IMG/VR virus record: IMGVR_UViG_3300001749_000063 | Location: 1-38,254 of that record | DNA: 38,254 bases | Strand: one strand, 5' to 3' | Source of the DNA: a virus | Lineage: Duplodnaviria > Caudoviricetes | Shown here: in pieces, positions 9,042 to 18,606 of the stretch | Layout of the letters: every line of letters starts with the position of its first letter | Position numbering within the stretch: position 1 is the stretch's first letter | Notes under the pieces: generated by a model | What the model saw: only the letters and a program-made list of their open reading frames with translations | Databases searched by the model: none | Told to the model about the DNA's origin: nothing | Made by a program: the position numbers and the translations under genes

Positions 9042-10234
9042 ACATCGTTACCGTTTTCAATGGTGAGTGCGGTTAGGCGTGGCACGTTGTTTTGGCTGGT
9101 AATGTCGGTTTGTTGCCAGCTTAGTGAGTCGATGCCCGCAAACTCTTTGTGTAGCTCTTGGCCTAATCGGCTAAAGCTAAAGCGGCTATTTGGTTTGGTG
9201 CGTGTCACTGTGTAATCGGTGTTTTCTCTAAACGCGCTGCGGATAAAGTTTTCAACATTGGCAAGTAGCGCGGTGACCTCTTCGTCAAGCAAGTAAACAT
9301 GTGGGTAAACGGTAAGGCCTACGCTTACATCAACACCCGGCATAGCAAGTACCAATAAATCATCGCCGTGGCCGTGGTAGCCCTTTTCCATAATGTAGGT
9401 GTTTAAGTCGTCAATTAGGGTTTGGCTTGGTACGCCTGTGTCTAACAAAATAAAGGCGTTTGCTGTACCTGGACCACGGGGGGCGTCGTGTTCAAAATAA
9501 ATGTTGTCGGTGTCTAGGCCGCTGCGTTCGGTTAGCATTGAGCGGTAAACGGCGTCAATGTGCCAAGGGGCTGCGGCGGTAAATGCGTTGCGGGTGCGTA
9601 GTTTTAAATCTTGGTCTGATTCTGCATTAGCGCCGAGCACGTCTATCCAGTCGTGATCATTAAATACGCGGGCTATTCCGGTCACTGACTCGGGTAAAAT
9701 ATGGTAATAGCCTGCGCCTAAGTTGTAGGCTGCGCCTGCGTTTTCGGCAATTACGGCAACTAATACGCTGGCTTGGCCTTCTGGCAATATTACGTCATCA
9801 ACGGTTAGCACACGGTAAACCGTGCCGTTTATGGCATCGCTTTGTATTATTGTGCCGGCACTAATTAGTAAGCTTGGGCCAGTGCTGGCCGCACGGGTAA
9901 AACGCACTTTGCCTTGTGTGCGTTCTTCACTTTTACGGGTTAGGTCGTGCTCCCACGCTTTGGCTTCAATAAAGTCGCTGTCGGTGGCGGTTTGCAAAAA
10001 CAAGTTAGGGAGTATTTTTTCAATTAATACTTTGTTGACTATCCACGTTGCAGGCTTTGCTACAATGGCGCTAATCAATCGCCAAAAAGGTGAGTACGGC
10101 GAGTCGTTGGCTATAATGCTGCCTTGTGCATCTACCTCTTGCTTAAACAGCGTTTTCCACCCGCCTTCGGTTGTTGGTATGCCTGCGTTTTTTACAATGC
10201 GGGTAAAATCAATTGTTGGGGTTTCATCAGCCAT
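9038..10234 (-). CDS. Baseplate J/gp47 family protein
   Basis: GANAESDQDLKLR and APRGPGTANA motifs; synteny. Confidence 0.88.
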   Translation of the reverse strand: MADETPTIDFTRIVKNAGIPTTEGGWKTLFKQEVDAQGSIIANDSPYSPFWRLISAIVAKPATWIVNKVLIEKILPNLFLQTATDSDFIEAKAWEHDLTRKSEERTQGKVRFTRAASTGPSLLISAGTIIQSDAINGTVYRVLTVDDVILPEGQASVLVAVIAENAGAAYNLGAGYYHILPESVTGIARVFNDHDWIDVLGANAESDQDLKLRTRNAFTAAAPWHIDAVYRSMLTERSGLDTDNIYFEHDAPRGPGTANAFILLDTGVPSQTLIDDLNTYIMEKGYHGHGDDLLVLAMPGVDVSVGLTVYPHVYLLDEEVTALLANVENFIRSAFRENTDYTVTRTKPNSRFSFSRLGQELHKEFAGIDSLSWQQTDITSQNNVPRLTALTIENGNDV

Positions 10235-10570
10235 TTATTGTGCCTCTACTAATAACGATGAAATTTCACCGAATTGAATTGTTTGTGCGTACACCCACCA
10301 TTGGCCTTTGTTTATTTCGCTTTGCTGAACTCGAACCGTGCCTGGCATAATGCGAACGTCGTCTTCTACCAATAGTTTTATTTTTGTTTGCGTGTCGTTG
10401 GTTACGCTGGTTCCTCTATCGCTCACTAATAAGTTTGCAAGGCCGGTGTCTAAAATGGCGTGCACTATGTCTTGGGCTATTACGTCACGATCGGTTAAAT
10501 ACGTTGGGTTGCTACCGGCATCTAGCACCACGTCACCGTTTAATATGTGTAAGTCGCGGTAAATACTCAT
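10235..10570 (-). CDS. Baseplate wedge protein (DUF2590/gpW-like)
   Basis: IAQDIVHAILDTGL and VEDDVRIMPGTV; between tape measure and J. Confidence 0.75.
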   Translation of the reverse strand: MSIYRDLHILNGDVVLDAGSNPTYLTDRDVIAQDIVHAILDTGLANLLVSDRGTSVTNDTQTKIKLLVEDDVRIMPGTVRVQQSEINKGQWWVYAQTIQFGEISSLLVEAQ

Positions 10571-12741
10571 GAGTGCATCTCAACAAAGTTCATGTAATTG
10601 GTTTCGCCTTTGGCTGGGTACACGTTAACTGTGCCGACGCTGGTTGATTTTTGTTGGTTTGCGTTACTAATTTGCTGAGTAATACCGCCGCGCTCAACAC
10701 GGCTTTTAACGGGTGCTATAGCGTAAATACTTGGTATGCTCGCATGATATGGTGAAGGCATATCTCTGCCTGTGTATTGCTTTGCTATATTTGCATTTAC
10801 ATCAATATCTAAATCTTCAAATCCAAATAACTCACTAAATAAACCGATTGCATCTTTAACTAAATTTATCGCTCCCGTGAGTATTTCAATGAAAAACTGT
10901 ATCGGCATCAGCATTAAATTAAAAATAAACCCGATAATGCTACCAAATGTTTTACCTGCTTCCGCGAATCCGGCTAGCTCGTCAGAACTAAACCCTAACT
11001 GCTCACCAACCCAAGAAAACATCCCCCCTAGCGAATCTAGTAATCCTGAAAACGCACTTATTACAGGCGCAAAACTCTCTGTAAATCCATCCCAAAAACC
11101 ACCAAAAAAGGCCTTTATTGGTTTCCAGTATTTATAAACAGCAACAGCCAATAGGCCAACGGCCGCTATTATCAATGTGATTGGCAATACTGCTGCCGCC
11201 AAAGATGTAACAAAAGACCATGTTGAAACAGCCGCCCCCTTCATTACAGCGCTTAATGCAGGTAAGTAGCCGCCTGTAAAAGTTGCAATAGTATTAAATC
11301 GTGTTAATGCTAACCGTGCTCTATCTACGGCATTTCCGTATAACGTTGTTACTAATTGGCTTACAGCCATTGCTTTATTTTTTACCCACAATTTTGAGTA
11401 ATATGAAATTGTTGTAAATGTCAGCCATGACAGTCCTGTTCGTATACCTGTTAATACGGCCATGTAACCGCTGCCAATGCCTACGGCAGTTCCTAGCACT
11501 AGATTCCACGTAGTCATTGCCATGGTTGAGGCTCCCATAACAACTGAAACCAACCCGCCTGCCGCAACTAAACCGAGTATTCCCACAAAGGCGTAACCAA
11601 GCCATTTAGTCAGTTCTGGAAATTCTTCCGTAAAGTTAATAACGCTGGTTCCCATATCTGCAATCATGCCTACAAAGTCGTTAAATACCGGCAGTATTGC
11701 CGTGCCCCACGCTGCACGAATAACAAACCAGCTTTGGCTTAGTCGCTCGCTTTGGTCGGTCATGCTCATGGCCATTTTTTCGGCTTGTTGCATGCCCGTT
11801 ACATCACCTAGGTCGTTTATTGATTTTCCTAGACCGTCAATGTCATTCATTAGTAATTTTATAGTGCCGACGGCCTCACTTGAGCCGAATGCTTTTTTAA
11901 GTTCGTCGCCCTCAGCTACGTCTATGGTTTCGCCGTATTTGCCTTTAATTTGGTTTAGTATGTCAACCATTGGCAGCATCGCGCCTTGGCTGTCGGTAAA
12001 ACTTAAATTAAGGGCATCTTGCGCTTTACCTACACCGGCTAAAAACGATTTATATTTTGTACCGGCTTCGCTGCCCGACATAGTCGCTTGCAACGTACCG
12101 AGTATGGCCATTTGCTCGTTCATACCAATACCGGCGCTTGTTGCTTCAGCACCAATTGATGTAAACGCCGATGACATTTCAGCGCCTGTTGTTTTAAACG
12201 CTTGTACGGCGGTAGCCGTCATGCCTGTTAGCTGCTCTACCCACTCACTTTTACCCATAGCATTAGCTTGGTTTTTAAAAATTCCATACATGGTGCCCAT
12301 GTAATTGGTAATAGTGCCTGCATCAGCTTTGGTGGCTGCGGCCAGTACGTTGCTCGACATAGTAAACGCTGACAGGTCGTTGTCGTTCAATCCAGCAATG
12401 GCGCTTTGTATGTCGTAGCTTGATTTAACAAATTCGGTAGACGATTTACCGTATTTAAGGGCAAATTCGTAAGAGGTATCGGTAAGTTGTTTTAAGGCCG
12501 ATTCGCGCACACCCAGAGATTTAACCTCGCCTAATGCGCGGTCCATTTCAATGGCTGGCATTAATGCGTTTTGTAGTGCATAGCCGCTGGCAGCAATACC
12601 CGCAACGCCCGACGCCATTTTCATGGTGCCGCGTTGGTAGTCGTTGGTTAACCCATTTAAGCTATTGCTTACTTTGGCAATAGGCTTTGTTATTTGGTCA
12701 ATCATGCCAACGGTAAACATTAGCGGTTGCGGTAAACTCAT
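10567..12741 (-). CDS. Tail tape measure protein
   Basis: 724 aa Ala/Gly-rich helical; MSGSEAGTKY motif; follows chaperone genes. Confidence 0.92.
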   Translation of the reverse strand: MSLPQPLMFTVGMIDQITKPIAKVSNSLNGLTNDYQRGTMKMASGVAGIAASGYALQNALMPAIEMDRALGEVKSLGVRESALKQLTDTSYEFALKYGKSSTEFVKSSYDIQSAIAGLNDNDLSAFTMSSNVLAAATKADAGTITNYMGTMYGIFKNQANAMGKSEWVEQLTGMTATAVQAFKTTGAEMSSAFTSIGAEATSAGIGMNEQMAILGTLQATMSGSEAGTKYKSFLAGVGKAQDALNLSFTDSQGAMLPMVDILNQIKGKYGETIDVAEGDELKKAFGSSEAVGTIKLLMNDIDGLGKSINDLGDVTGMQQAEKMAMSMTDQSERLSQSWFVIRAAWGTAILPVFNDFVGMIADMGTSVINFTEEFPELTKWLGYAFVGILGLVAAGGLVSVVMGASTMAMTTWNLVLGTAVGIGSGYMAVLTGIRTGLSWLTFTTISYYSKLWVKNKAMAVSQLVTTLYGNAVDRARLALTRFNTIATFTGGYLPALSAVMKGAAVSTWSFVTSLAAAVLPITLIIAAVGLLAVAVYKYWKPIKAFFGGFWDGFTESFAPVISAFSGLLDSLGGMFSWVGEQLGFSSDELAGFAEAGKTFGSIIGFIFNLMLMPIQFFIEILTGAINLVKDAIGLFSELFGFEDLDIDVNANIAKQYTGRDMPSPYHASIPSIYAIAPVKSRVERGGITQQISNANQQKSTSVGTVNVYPAKGETNYMNFVEMHS

Positions 12742-12939
12742 TTACTTGCCCCCAAAGGCCTTGCACACAGCATTGGTTATTATGTTTTCTAGGTTTTCGC
12801 GCTGGTTTTTATACAGCCAACCAGCGCGGGCTAGGTTTTGTTCGTCGTCTTGCTCATGTGGCAAAAAGTGACGGCGTAAAATAAACAGTTGTTCAAGCTG
12901 ATTCGAGTCGATTGAATCAATCAGCCCTTCTATTTTTTT
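12742..12939 (-). CDS. -1 frameshift extension of the tail assembly chaperone (E'/T equivalent)
   Basis: Start-less frame KKIEGLIDSIDSNQLEQLFILRRHFLPH...CKAFGGK-stop begins at A_AAA_AAA (12933-12939) and abuts the tape measure ATG. Confidence 0.8.
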   Translation of the reverse strand, partial: KKIEGLIDSIDSNQLEQLFILRRHFLPHEQDDEQNLARAGWLYKNQRENLENIITNAVCKAFGGK

Positions 12940-13196
12940 ACGGCAATTTCCAGCACAGGCGAAAACTCAGCTTTAAGCGTCGACGCAATTTGCAGCTCAG
13001 AACCTGGTGAGCTTTCAAGTACCTTTTTAAGATCGGCTTTTTGTTTGTCGTCAATGGTGCGCATTACCATATTGTGTGACGCTGCGGTCATTGAGCCACC
13101 GCGGGCAACAAGGTCTACAAAGTCGCTGTGATCTTGCACTGTCATGTTAAAAGTAAAGTCAGTAGCAGCGATGGTTAATATAATTGCTTGTTTCAT
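12930..13196 (-). CDS. Tail assembly chaperone (gpE/G equivalent)
   Basis: 88 aa upstream of tape measure; ends GTA AAA AAA TAG. Confidence 0.8.
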   Translation of the reverse strand: MKQAIILTIAATDFTFNMTVQDHSDFVDLVARGGSMTAASHNMVMRTIDDKQKADLKKVLESSPGSELQIASTLKAEFSPVLEIAVKK

Positions 13197-13199
13197 GGG

Positions 13200-13445
13200 T
13201 TAATCCTTAGATTTGGTTAATAGTCTTTCGAGTGTGTCAAATCCGTTTTGTAATTGGCGCTCCATGCGTTCGGTTAATTTGTCAAAATCGGTTTTAGTGG
13301 CGTAAGTTTCGGCCACATGGGTTTTATGATCGCTTAGCTCTTTGGCTGTATCTTTATTTGCTCTGCTCAGCGCCACAATAATGGGCACTAATACACTCAA
13401 AATTAACGCGGCTGTTGATATAGCAACCATTATCCACTGTGTCAT
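13200..13445 (-). CDS. Small membrane-anchored coiled-coil protein in lysis cassette
   Basis: One N-terminal TM segment and a helical charged tail. Confidence 0.6.
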   Translation of the reverse strand: MTQWIMVAISTAALILSVLVPIIVALSRANKDTAKELSDHKTHVAETYATKTDFDKLTERMERQLQNGFDTLERLLTKSKD

Positions 13446-13831
13446 TTTGCTACTCCTTTAATTTTTTCGACTGTCCTTAGACTTGCTAGGCCAAGTAATG
13501 CTAGGGTTAATTCCATCATTACATCGGTTGGCAGTTCTGGCGTTCCTGCATCAGGCATAATCCATTGCAAAATAGGGTTAATTAAAAACGTGAACAGAAA
13601 GCCAAAGCCACATACCCACAGTAAAAAAGGGCGAGCGCCCGCTACAAACGTTGAGCGGTGTTGTGCTGCATGGGTATTAGCCAGTGCTTGCATTAGCATT
13701 GGCTTTTGCTTAATTTCTTCTAAATCATTGCTTAGCTGCTGGCGTTCTTCGTCTGATGTAAATAACGCATCGCCGGCTTTACCAATCGCTTCAATTGGGT
13801 TGCCACCCACTAAGTTTGATAACCAGCCCAT
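13442..13831 (-). CDS. Holin, GTA 3TM-holin family
   Basis: LFTSDEER, FVAGARPFLLWVC and LRTVEKIKGV motifs. Confidence 0.8.
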   Translation of the reverse strand: MGWLSNLVGGNPIEAIGKAGDALFTSDEERQQLSNDLEEIKQKPMLMQALANTHAAQHRSTFVAGARPFLLWVCGFGFLFTFLINPILQWIMPDAGTPELPTDVMMELTLALLGLASLRTVEKIKGVAK

Positions 13832-13833
13832 AA

Positions 13834-14385
13834 CTAATGCCCTGCCTGTTTTAAGTAACTTGCTTCACGCCAGCGGCGCGTGGTGTATCGGTCGCCAAAA
13901 TCAACAAGCTCTCTGATCATGGCTTGAGTATTTTGCGTTATGGCGTAGCGCCAAAAATTAGGGCAACGCTTGGCCAAATGACCGTACTGAAAAGCAACCG
14001 ATGCAATCACGGTTTGCATCGGTTCGCTTAGTTGTTCAAATTCAACCGTTGAGTGCTGGTTGTAAGTAGCAACTAGGTAATCGGTTGATTGCTGCTTTAC
14101 ACATAAATCAATAATGGTTGCTTCGTTTTCGTTAATGCTAAGCGGGTTCTGCTTACAGGCTTTTAGTGCCTGTTCGCCTTTTAATAAGCAAAAGCGCTTT
14201 AATTTGTTAGCGATAAATTCGGGCAATAAGTACTTAAGTGCCGCTTCATCGCATTGGCCAATATCAAATCCGGTGGCAATAGTAACCCCCGAATTAGAAT
14301 GTTTAGCATCGGGCACATAGCCGGATAGCTGTGGGCCACCTTCCAGTGCGGCGATAAACTTAAAATTCACTTTGATATTGTTCAT
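13834..14385 (-). CDS. Endolysin, pesticin C-terminal-like muramidase
   Basis: LEGG...GYVPD...SGVTIATGFDIGQ, QTVIASVAFQYG, RRWREA. Confidence 0.85.
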   Translation of the reverse strand: MNNIKVNFKFIAALEGGPQLSGYVPDAKHSNSGVTIATGFDIGQCDEAALKYLLPEFIANKLKRFCLLKGEQALKACKQNPLSINENEATIIDLCVKQQSTDYLVATYNQHSTVEFEQLSEPMQTVIASVAFQYGHLAKRCPNFWRYAITQNTQAMIRELVDFGDRYTTRRWREASYLKQAGH

Positions 14386-14389
14386 TTTG

Positions 14390-14590
14390 CTACTCGCTTA
14401 ACGATTGGCACGGTACACAACGCTGCACACCGGGTACTGCTTTGCGTCGTGCTTTAGGTATTAGGTCGCCGCAATCAATGCAATCCGTTGCACTGATTTT
14501 ATTGGCGTTGTTAAGTCCTTTTAGGCGCTGATCAACAAGCTGTTGTTCGGCGCGTTCCTGTGCAATGGTTAGGTGGTCTATAAAGTCCAT
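14390..14590 (-). CDS. TraR/DksA C4 zinc-finger protein
   Basis: DFID N-terminus; CIDCGDLIPKARRKAVPGVQRCVPC. Confidence 0.9.
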   Translation of the reverse strand: MDFIDHLTIAQERAEQQLVDQRLKGLNNANKISATDCIDCGDLIPKARRKAVPGVQRCVPCQSLSE

Positions 14591-14602
14591 TTACTAACTA
14601 CC

Positions 14603-15052
14603 TTATTGCACTATGTTTTCAATTTCGTCGGGGCGCAGATACGGCACACCGTTAATGTTTACAAAGTCGGGGTCGGTTACATCAAACGGAATTTTAAACA
14701 GGCTGGCGCTGCCGCCTTTTTTGTCTATGTCTAAAATGTCGCTTAGCTTAATGCGGCAACCAAAGGCTTCTACTTTCATTTCGTCTTGGCTGGTTTTGGC
14801 GTAAAACATAATGTCGAACGGTTCCATACCACGCCACGAACCGGCACTTTTTGCAGCATCCGATATAAGCGCAAAGTTACTCGCGTTAACCGACAGTTCG
14901 CCGCTGGCCGATACATCGCCATCAACTGAGCCATCGGGTACGCCACTGGTTTGGCTTACCGCACTGTTGTCGGTAATCGCCAGTGAAGCGGTGTCAACTT
15001 GGACCATAATGTCGCCCAAGTTCACGTTAAAATTCATTCCTGATAAACGCAT
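14603..15052 (-). CDS. Tail tube protein (DUF2597-like)
   Basis: RLSGMNF...VTDPDFVNINGVPYL; follows sheath. Confidence 0.85.
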   Translation of the reverse strand: MRLSGMNFNVNLGDIMVQVDTASLAITDNSAVSQTSGVPDGSVDGDVSASGELSVNASNFALISDAAKSAGSWRGMEPFDIMFYAKTSQDEMKVEAFGCRIKLSDILDIDKKGGSASLFKIPFDVTDPDFVNINGVPYLRPDEIENIVQ

Positions 15053-15063
15053 GGTGAGTGCTC

Positions 15064-16170
15064 CTAGTTGCTGCTTAAATCAAGCAAAATATTTACGGTA
15101 ATTTCTTTTGGGCTGTTGTATGGGCGCAGCACCATGTAAATAACCACGCTTTTATTGCTGGTCCATTCAATGGTTATGTCGCCTTCAACCGGTGGCTGTA
15201 TTTCACCAGGGAACTGCGTGCCTAAAATGGTGGTACTCTTGCTCATGGCGCGTAGTGGGCGCATAAAATACGCCTTGTTTAGTTCAATACTATTTGGTGT
15301 TGAGTTAAGGGCACGGTTGGCAATACGGCGAATAGCAAGCACACGTACTTCGCGGCTGGCTTTATGCACTGGGCGTAAATGCTCAAGGTATTGGTAGTCG
15401 CCGCCGGCGGCATCTAGCGTTTGTGCATCGCTCCAATAGGTCCCTTCAAAATCGCTGTACCACTGCGGTACGCTCATACGGGCATTGGCTAGCGTTTCTA
15501 ATGTGGCAAGTGATAGGGGGTCGCCGTTCGTATCAACCGGTGCATCGCCTAAACCTAATACGCTGCCTGTTGCTACGCGCATTGGGCTATCAGCAATGCT
15601 TACGCTGCGGTTGCATAGTCGCCCTGCTAATACGCCTACGTTATTAGCGTGTAACTGTGGTACGGGTACCACTAAGTGCGCGGCAATATCAGCTTGCAGC
15701 GCAATGGTTGCGGCTTCATATTGCGACCATGTTTGTGTAGCTACATCAATACCAGGTACTGCAACCAATGCAGATACAAAACGCCCTAATGTCGCTTGCA
15801 ATGATGTTAGGTGGTCGTGAATATCGGTTAAGCCTGAGCTGGTTGTTTGCTCATCACATACAACAACCATTTCAAAGCTTTGTACTTCGTTGGCTCGGTC
15901 AATGGCATCAGTAATGCTTTCACCTTCGGCCAGTGGGTAAACCGCTGCAGTCCAGTTTTGGCCTGCATTTAATTGCGCGGCTTTTACTATTTCAAGCAAT
16001 GGGCTGTCTGCAAAGGTGTCGGCTAATACTGTTTGAGCGCCTACGCTAAACAATTGGCTTTCTTCGCTTGCGTTACCAGCACGGCCAACAAACAAAAAGT
16101 GTCGTTCAACACCTTGGATGTCGCCTTGCCCTAAATTCAGATTGTTAACTTGCACTTTACCTAGTGACAT
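15064..16170 (-). CDS. Tail sheath protein (DUF2586-like)
   Basis: VQVNNLNLGQG...VERHFLF; IADSPMRVATG. Confidence 0.85.
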   Translation of the reverse strand: MSLGKVQVNNLNLGQGDIQGVERHFLFVGRAGNASEESQLFSVGAQTVLADTFADSPLLEIVKAAQLNAGQNWTAAVYPLAEGESITDAIDRANEVQSFEMVVVCDEQTTSSGLTDIHDHLTSLQATLGRFVSALVAVPGIDVATQTWSQYEAATIALQADIAAHLVVPVPQLHANNVGVLAGRLCNRSVSIADSPMRVATGSVLGLGDAPVDTNGDPLSLATLETLANARMSVPQWYSDFEGTYWSDAQTLDAAGGDYQYLEHLRPVHKASREVRVLAIRRIANRALNSTPNSIELNKAYFMRPLRAMSKSTTILGTQFPGEIQPPVEGDITIEWTSNKSVVIYMVLRPYNSPKEITVNILLDLSSN

Positions 16171-16174
16171 GGGT

Positions 16175-16831
16175 TTATCCTCGTTTATTGAGTTGGTTTA
16201 AAATTGTGGCTAGTTGCGCTTGCACGTTCGCGGTGGTATCGCCTAAAAATGGGCGCGCCTTTACAGGTATTTGCCAGCTTTTACGGCTTTTTTGGCCGCG
16301 TAATTCACTTAACACTAATGTGGCTTTGCCATGGGTTAAGCTCCCTGCAATTTCTTTTATTGTTGCGCGGCGATAGCCTTTACCTTTTGCTCTGCGTACT
16401 TTATAACCCTCGGCTGCCAATGCTTTTGCTTGGCTACGTGTACACGGTGCTTTGTAATCTGGCTTGCCATGAATACGGCTCATGCGTGTTGAGGTCATTT
16501 GCTCGCTGCCGCCTTCTTGGTGTAGTGCGGCAATACGCCCAGTAAGCCCGGCTTTATGTTTAAGCTCTAAGCGCTTACCGCCTTTTACGTAGGGCTCTAG
16601 TGTTTTACCCATGCGTTTAAGCATTTTGGTTTTTTTGCCATCAGTGCGACTTGCAAACTTATTACCCTCAACCGTGGTTTGTGTTTTTATCCGTTTGCGA
16701 GCGAGCTTTCGCTCATAACGCCCTAGTGTTTTGAGTACGCGAACACGCTTACCGTTTGGCAATGCTAATAGCTGCAACTGGTGCTTTGCGCTGAGCGCTT
16801 GTTTGCTATTTGGGGTGATCACTAAACTCAT
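16175..16831 (-). CDS. Virion morphogenesis/tail completion protein (gpS-like)
   Basis: Very basic; IAALHQEG and ARPFLG motifs. Confidence 0.75.
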   Translation of the reverse strand: MSLVITPNSKQALSAKHQLQLLALPNGKRVRVLKTLGRYERKLARKRIKTQTTVEGNKFASRTDGKKTKMLKRMGKTLEPYVKGGKRLELKHKAGLTGRIAALHQEGGSEQMTSTRMSRIHGKPDYKAPCTRSQAKALAAEGYKVRRAKGKGYRRATIKEIAGSLTHGKATLVLSELRGQKSRKSWQIPVKARPFLGDTTANVQAQLATILNQLNKRG

Positions 16832-17310
16832 GATTGCCCCTTAATATCTACGTCTACATCTTCGGCCACACTAATTGGCGCTAGCGATACGTAATAACGC
16901 GCATCGTTAAATAAAACAGGGCCGTTTTCAGCGGGTATTAGCTCTATGTCGTCAATTAGTTGCACGTCAATTAACACGGTGGCGTTGTCTTTACTTACAA
17001 CATCTATGTCTATTTCGGGGTCGTCTAGGCCGTACTCGTCACGTGGCCATTGGCTGTCGATTAAAAAGGCGCCCACCATCGCAAGTAAGTTATAAGGGTT
17101 TACTTTGCGGTGCGGGAATTTTTCTATTGCGATTACGGCGGTGTGTTTCCATTTGGCAACTGCGTAGCCGTCTTGACCTTTGTCTTCGCCGCTCATTATT
17201 AAAGTGCCGCGTTCTTGCCAGGCGTCTATGTTGTTAGTGTGAATAGCCCCTTTTAAACTGGTGTTTAAAAAGTCGGTTAGTTGCTGCAATTGGGTAATAG
17301 TTTGGCTCAT
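16828..17310 (-). CDS. Tail completion protein (gpR-like)
   Basis: Synteny after gpL; acidic 160 aa. Confidence 0.7.
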   Translation of the reverse strand: MSQTITQLQQLTDFLNTSLKGAIHTNNIDAWQERGTLIMSGEDKGQDGYAVAKWKHTAVIAIEKFPHRKVNPYNLLAMVGAFLIDSQWPRDEYGLDDPEIDIDVVSKDNATVLIDVQLIDDIELIPAENGPVLFNDARYYVSLAPISVAEDVDVDIKGQS

Positions 17311-17756
17311 AGTGTATGCACTCCGCCGCGGCCAAGGCCAAGCAGTAAACGAATGCTGCGGTTAGACTGCGCTAATATCGCATCTTGCTGATCAACACTA
17401 TCGGCTTTGTTGTTGCCCGCTTCTTTTTGGTCAACCGCTGAAAAGTACCCCATTAAATCGCTATGCGAACGGGCATACACTGCTCCGCGGTAAACGCTTT
17501 GCTGTGCGGCGCTAAAGTTAGGCACGCCGTTTGTTTGGGTGAAAGCAACATCCATGTTGTCTTTCATAATGTATTTAAGTATTTGTTGTTGTACTTCTAA
17601 TGCGCTGCGGTTTAATGAGTCGGCTATTACGGTTTCTTCATAAAATTCTGGTATGCGGCGATGATCGCGAAACTCGCCAGTGCTTAGCGCTGGCCAGCCG
17701 CTTGCAGCATCTATTTCAATACTGTTTTGTGCTGTTGCTTCAAATCCAAATGACAT
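17307..17756 (-). CDS. Head completion/stabilisation protein (gpL-like)
   Basis: GWPALSTGEFR, YRGAVYARS, SIRLLLG; synteny. Confidence 0.8.
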   Translation of the reverse strand: MSFGFEATAQNSIEIDAASGWPALSTGEFRDHRRIPEFYEETVIADSLNRSALEVQQQILKYIMKDNMDVAFTQTNGVPNFSAAQQSVYRGAVYARSHSDLMGYFSAVDQKEAGNNKADSVDQQDAILAQSNRSIRLLLGLGRGGVHTL

Positions 17757-17865
17757 ACCACATACCTTGTTCAATTAGGTTCAGTGCAGTTAGCGTCGAC
17801 GCGGTTATTAACGGTCGCCCGTTAAACGCTCGGCTAGTGCACTGGAGGGTTGGGAGTAATGGCTA

Positions 17866-18606
17866 TTACTGGGCGTTTAACTCGGCAATGGCTCTTAATC
17901 TCATGGCTATTTTGTTTCGTACTGTTTTAACGCCTGCGTGTTTATGTAGCTCTGCGGCTTTGGCTAAGTAGCCATCGGCTTGTTGGAGCCTTTGCACGTC
18001 GCCGACATGCGATGGCGAAACATCGCCGTTTTTGCTACGCAGTAACGCAAGGCCCGCAAACTTGTAGTACTTAGCCGTAACTTGCTCAGGTAATTTCCAA
18101 TGGTTTGCAACCTTGCTGAACACTTGCCCAAAATACGGCTCAATGCTGTTGCCTTTTTCAGCTTGGGTATCTGCCCAATCAAAAACAGTGTCGGCAATAA
18201 AACCAGGCCACTGGCGACGTATGTTGTTAGCCATGGGCTGATTGAGTTCAATGGCTCTAAAGCCAAACTCAATGCCACGGCTGAGGTCGCCAATATCAAA
18301 TAACCACACAGTGCAATAAGCAAAAATAGGATTGTCTTCATTTTGTTTGCCCTTTTTATTCAAGTATTCATCAACTATTGGCAACCACTTTGGCAATAAC
18401 ACATCACGTTTGTGGGTTATTTTGTCGGCGCGGCTTACAAAGCTTTTTAACCGTTTTAAGTCGTCTTCTAATTCAATGAGCTGTAAGTGCAGGCTTGGGG
18501 CGTATTGCCCTGAACCTGTTAGGCTTACTTTTTCGAGCTTTTTTTTGGCTCGGTTTTGCTCTTTGAATTGGAGGATTCTTGCGCCGCCGACGGCTTTTTT
18601 AGCTCT
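17866..18606 (-). CDS. Terminase small subunit (gpM-like) reading frame; no canonical start upstream of 18402
   Basis: KRDVLLPKWLP, VWLFDIGD, LPEQVTAKYYK, AGVKT motifs; frame open from TGA at 18609-18607. Confidence 0.85.
   Translation of the reverse strand, partial: RAKKAVGGARILQFKEQNRAKKKLEKVSLTGSGQYAPSLHLQLIELEDDLKRLKSFVSRADKITHKRDVLLPKWLPIVDEYLNKKGKQNEDNPIFAYCTVWLFDIGDLSRGIEFGFRAIELNQPMANNIRRQWPGFIADTVFDWADTQAEKGNSIEPYFGQVFSKVANHWKLPEQVTAKYYKFAGLALLRSKNGDVSPSHVGDVQRLQQADGYLAKAAELHKHAGVKTVRNKIAMRLRAIAELNAQ

Noticed and set aside
17964-18341. 125 aa alternate-frame hydrophobic ORF inside gpM
   Set aside because: Wholly nested in a conserved gene, with no independent support
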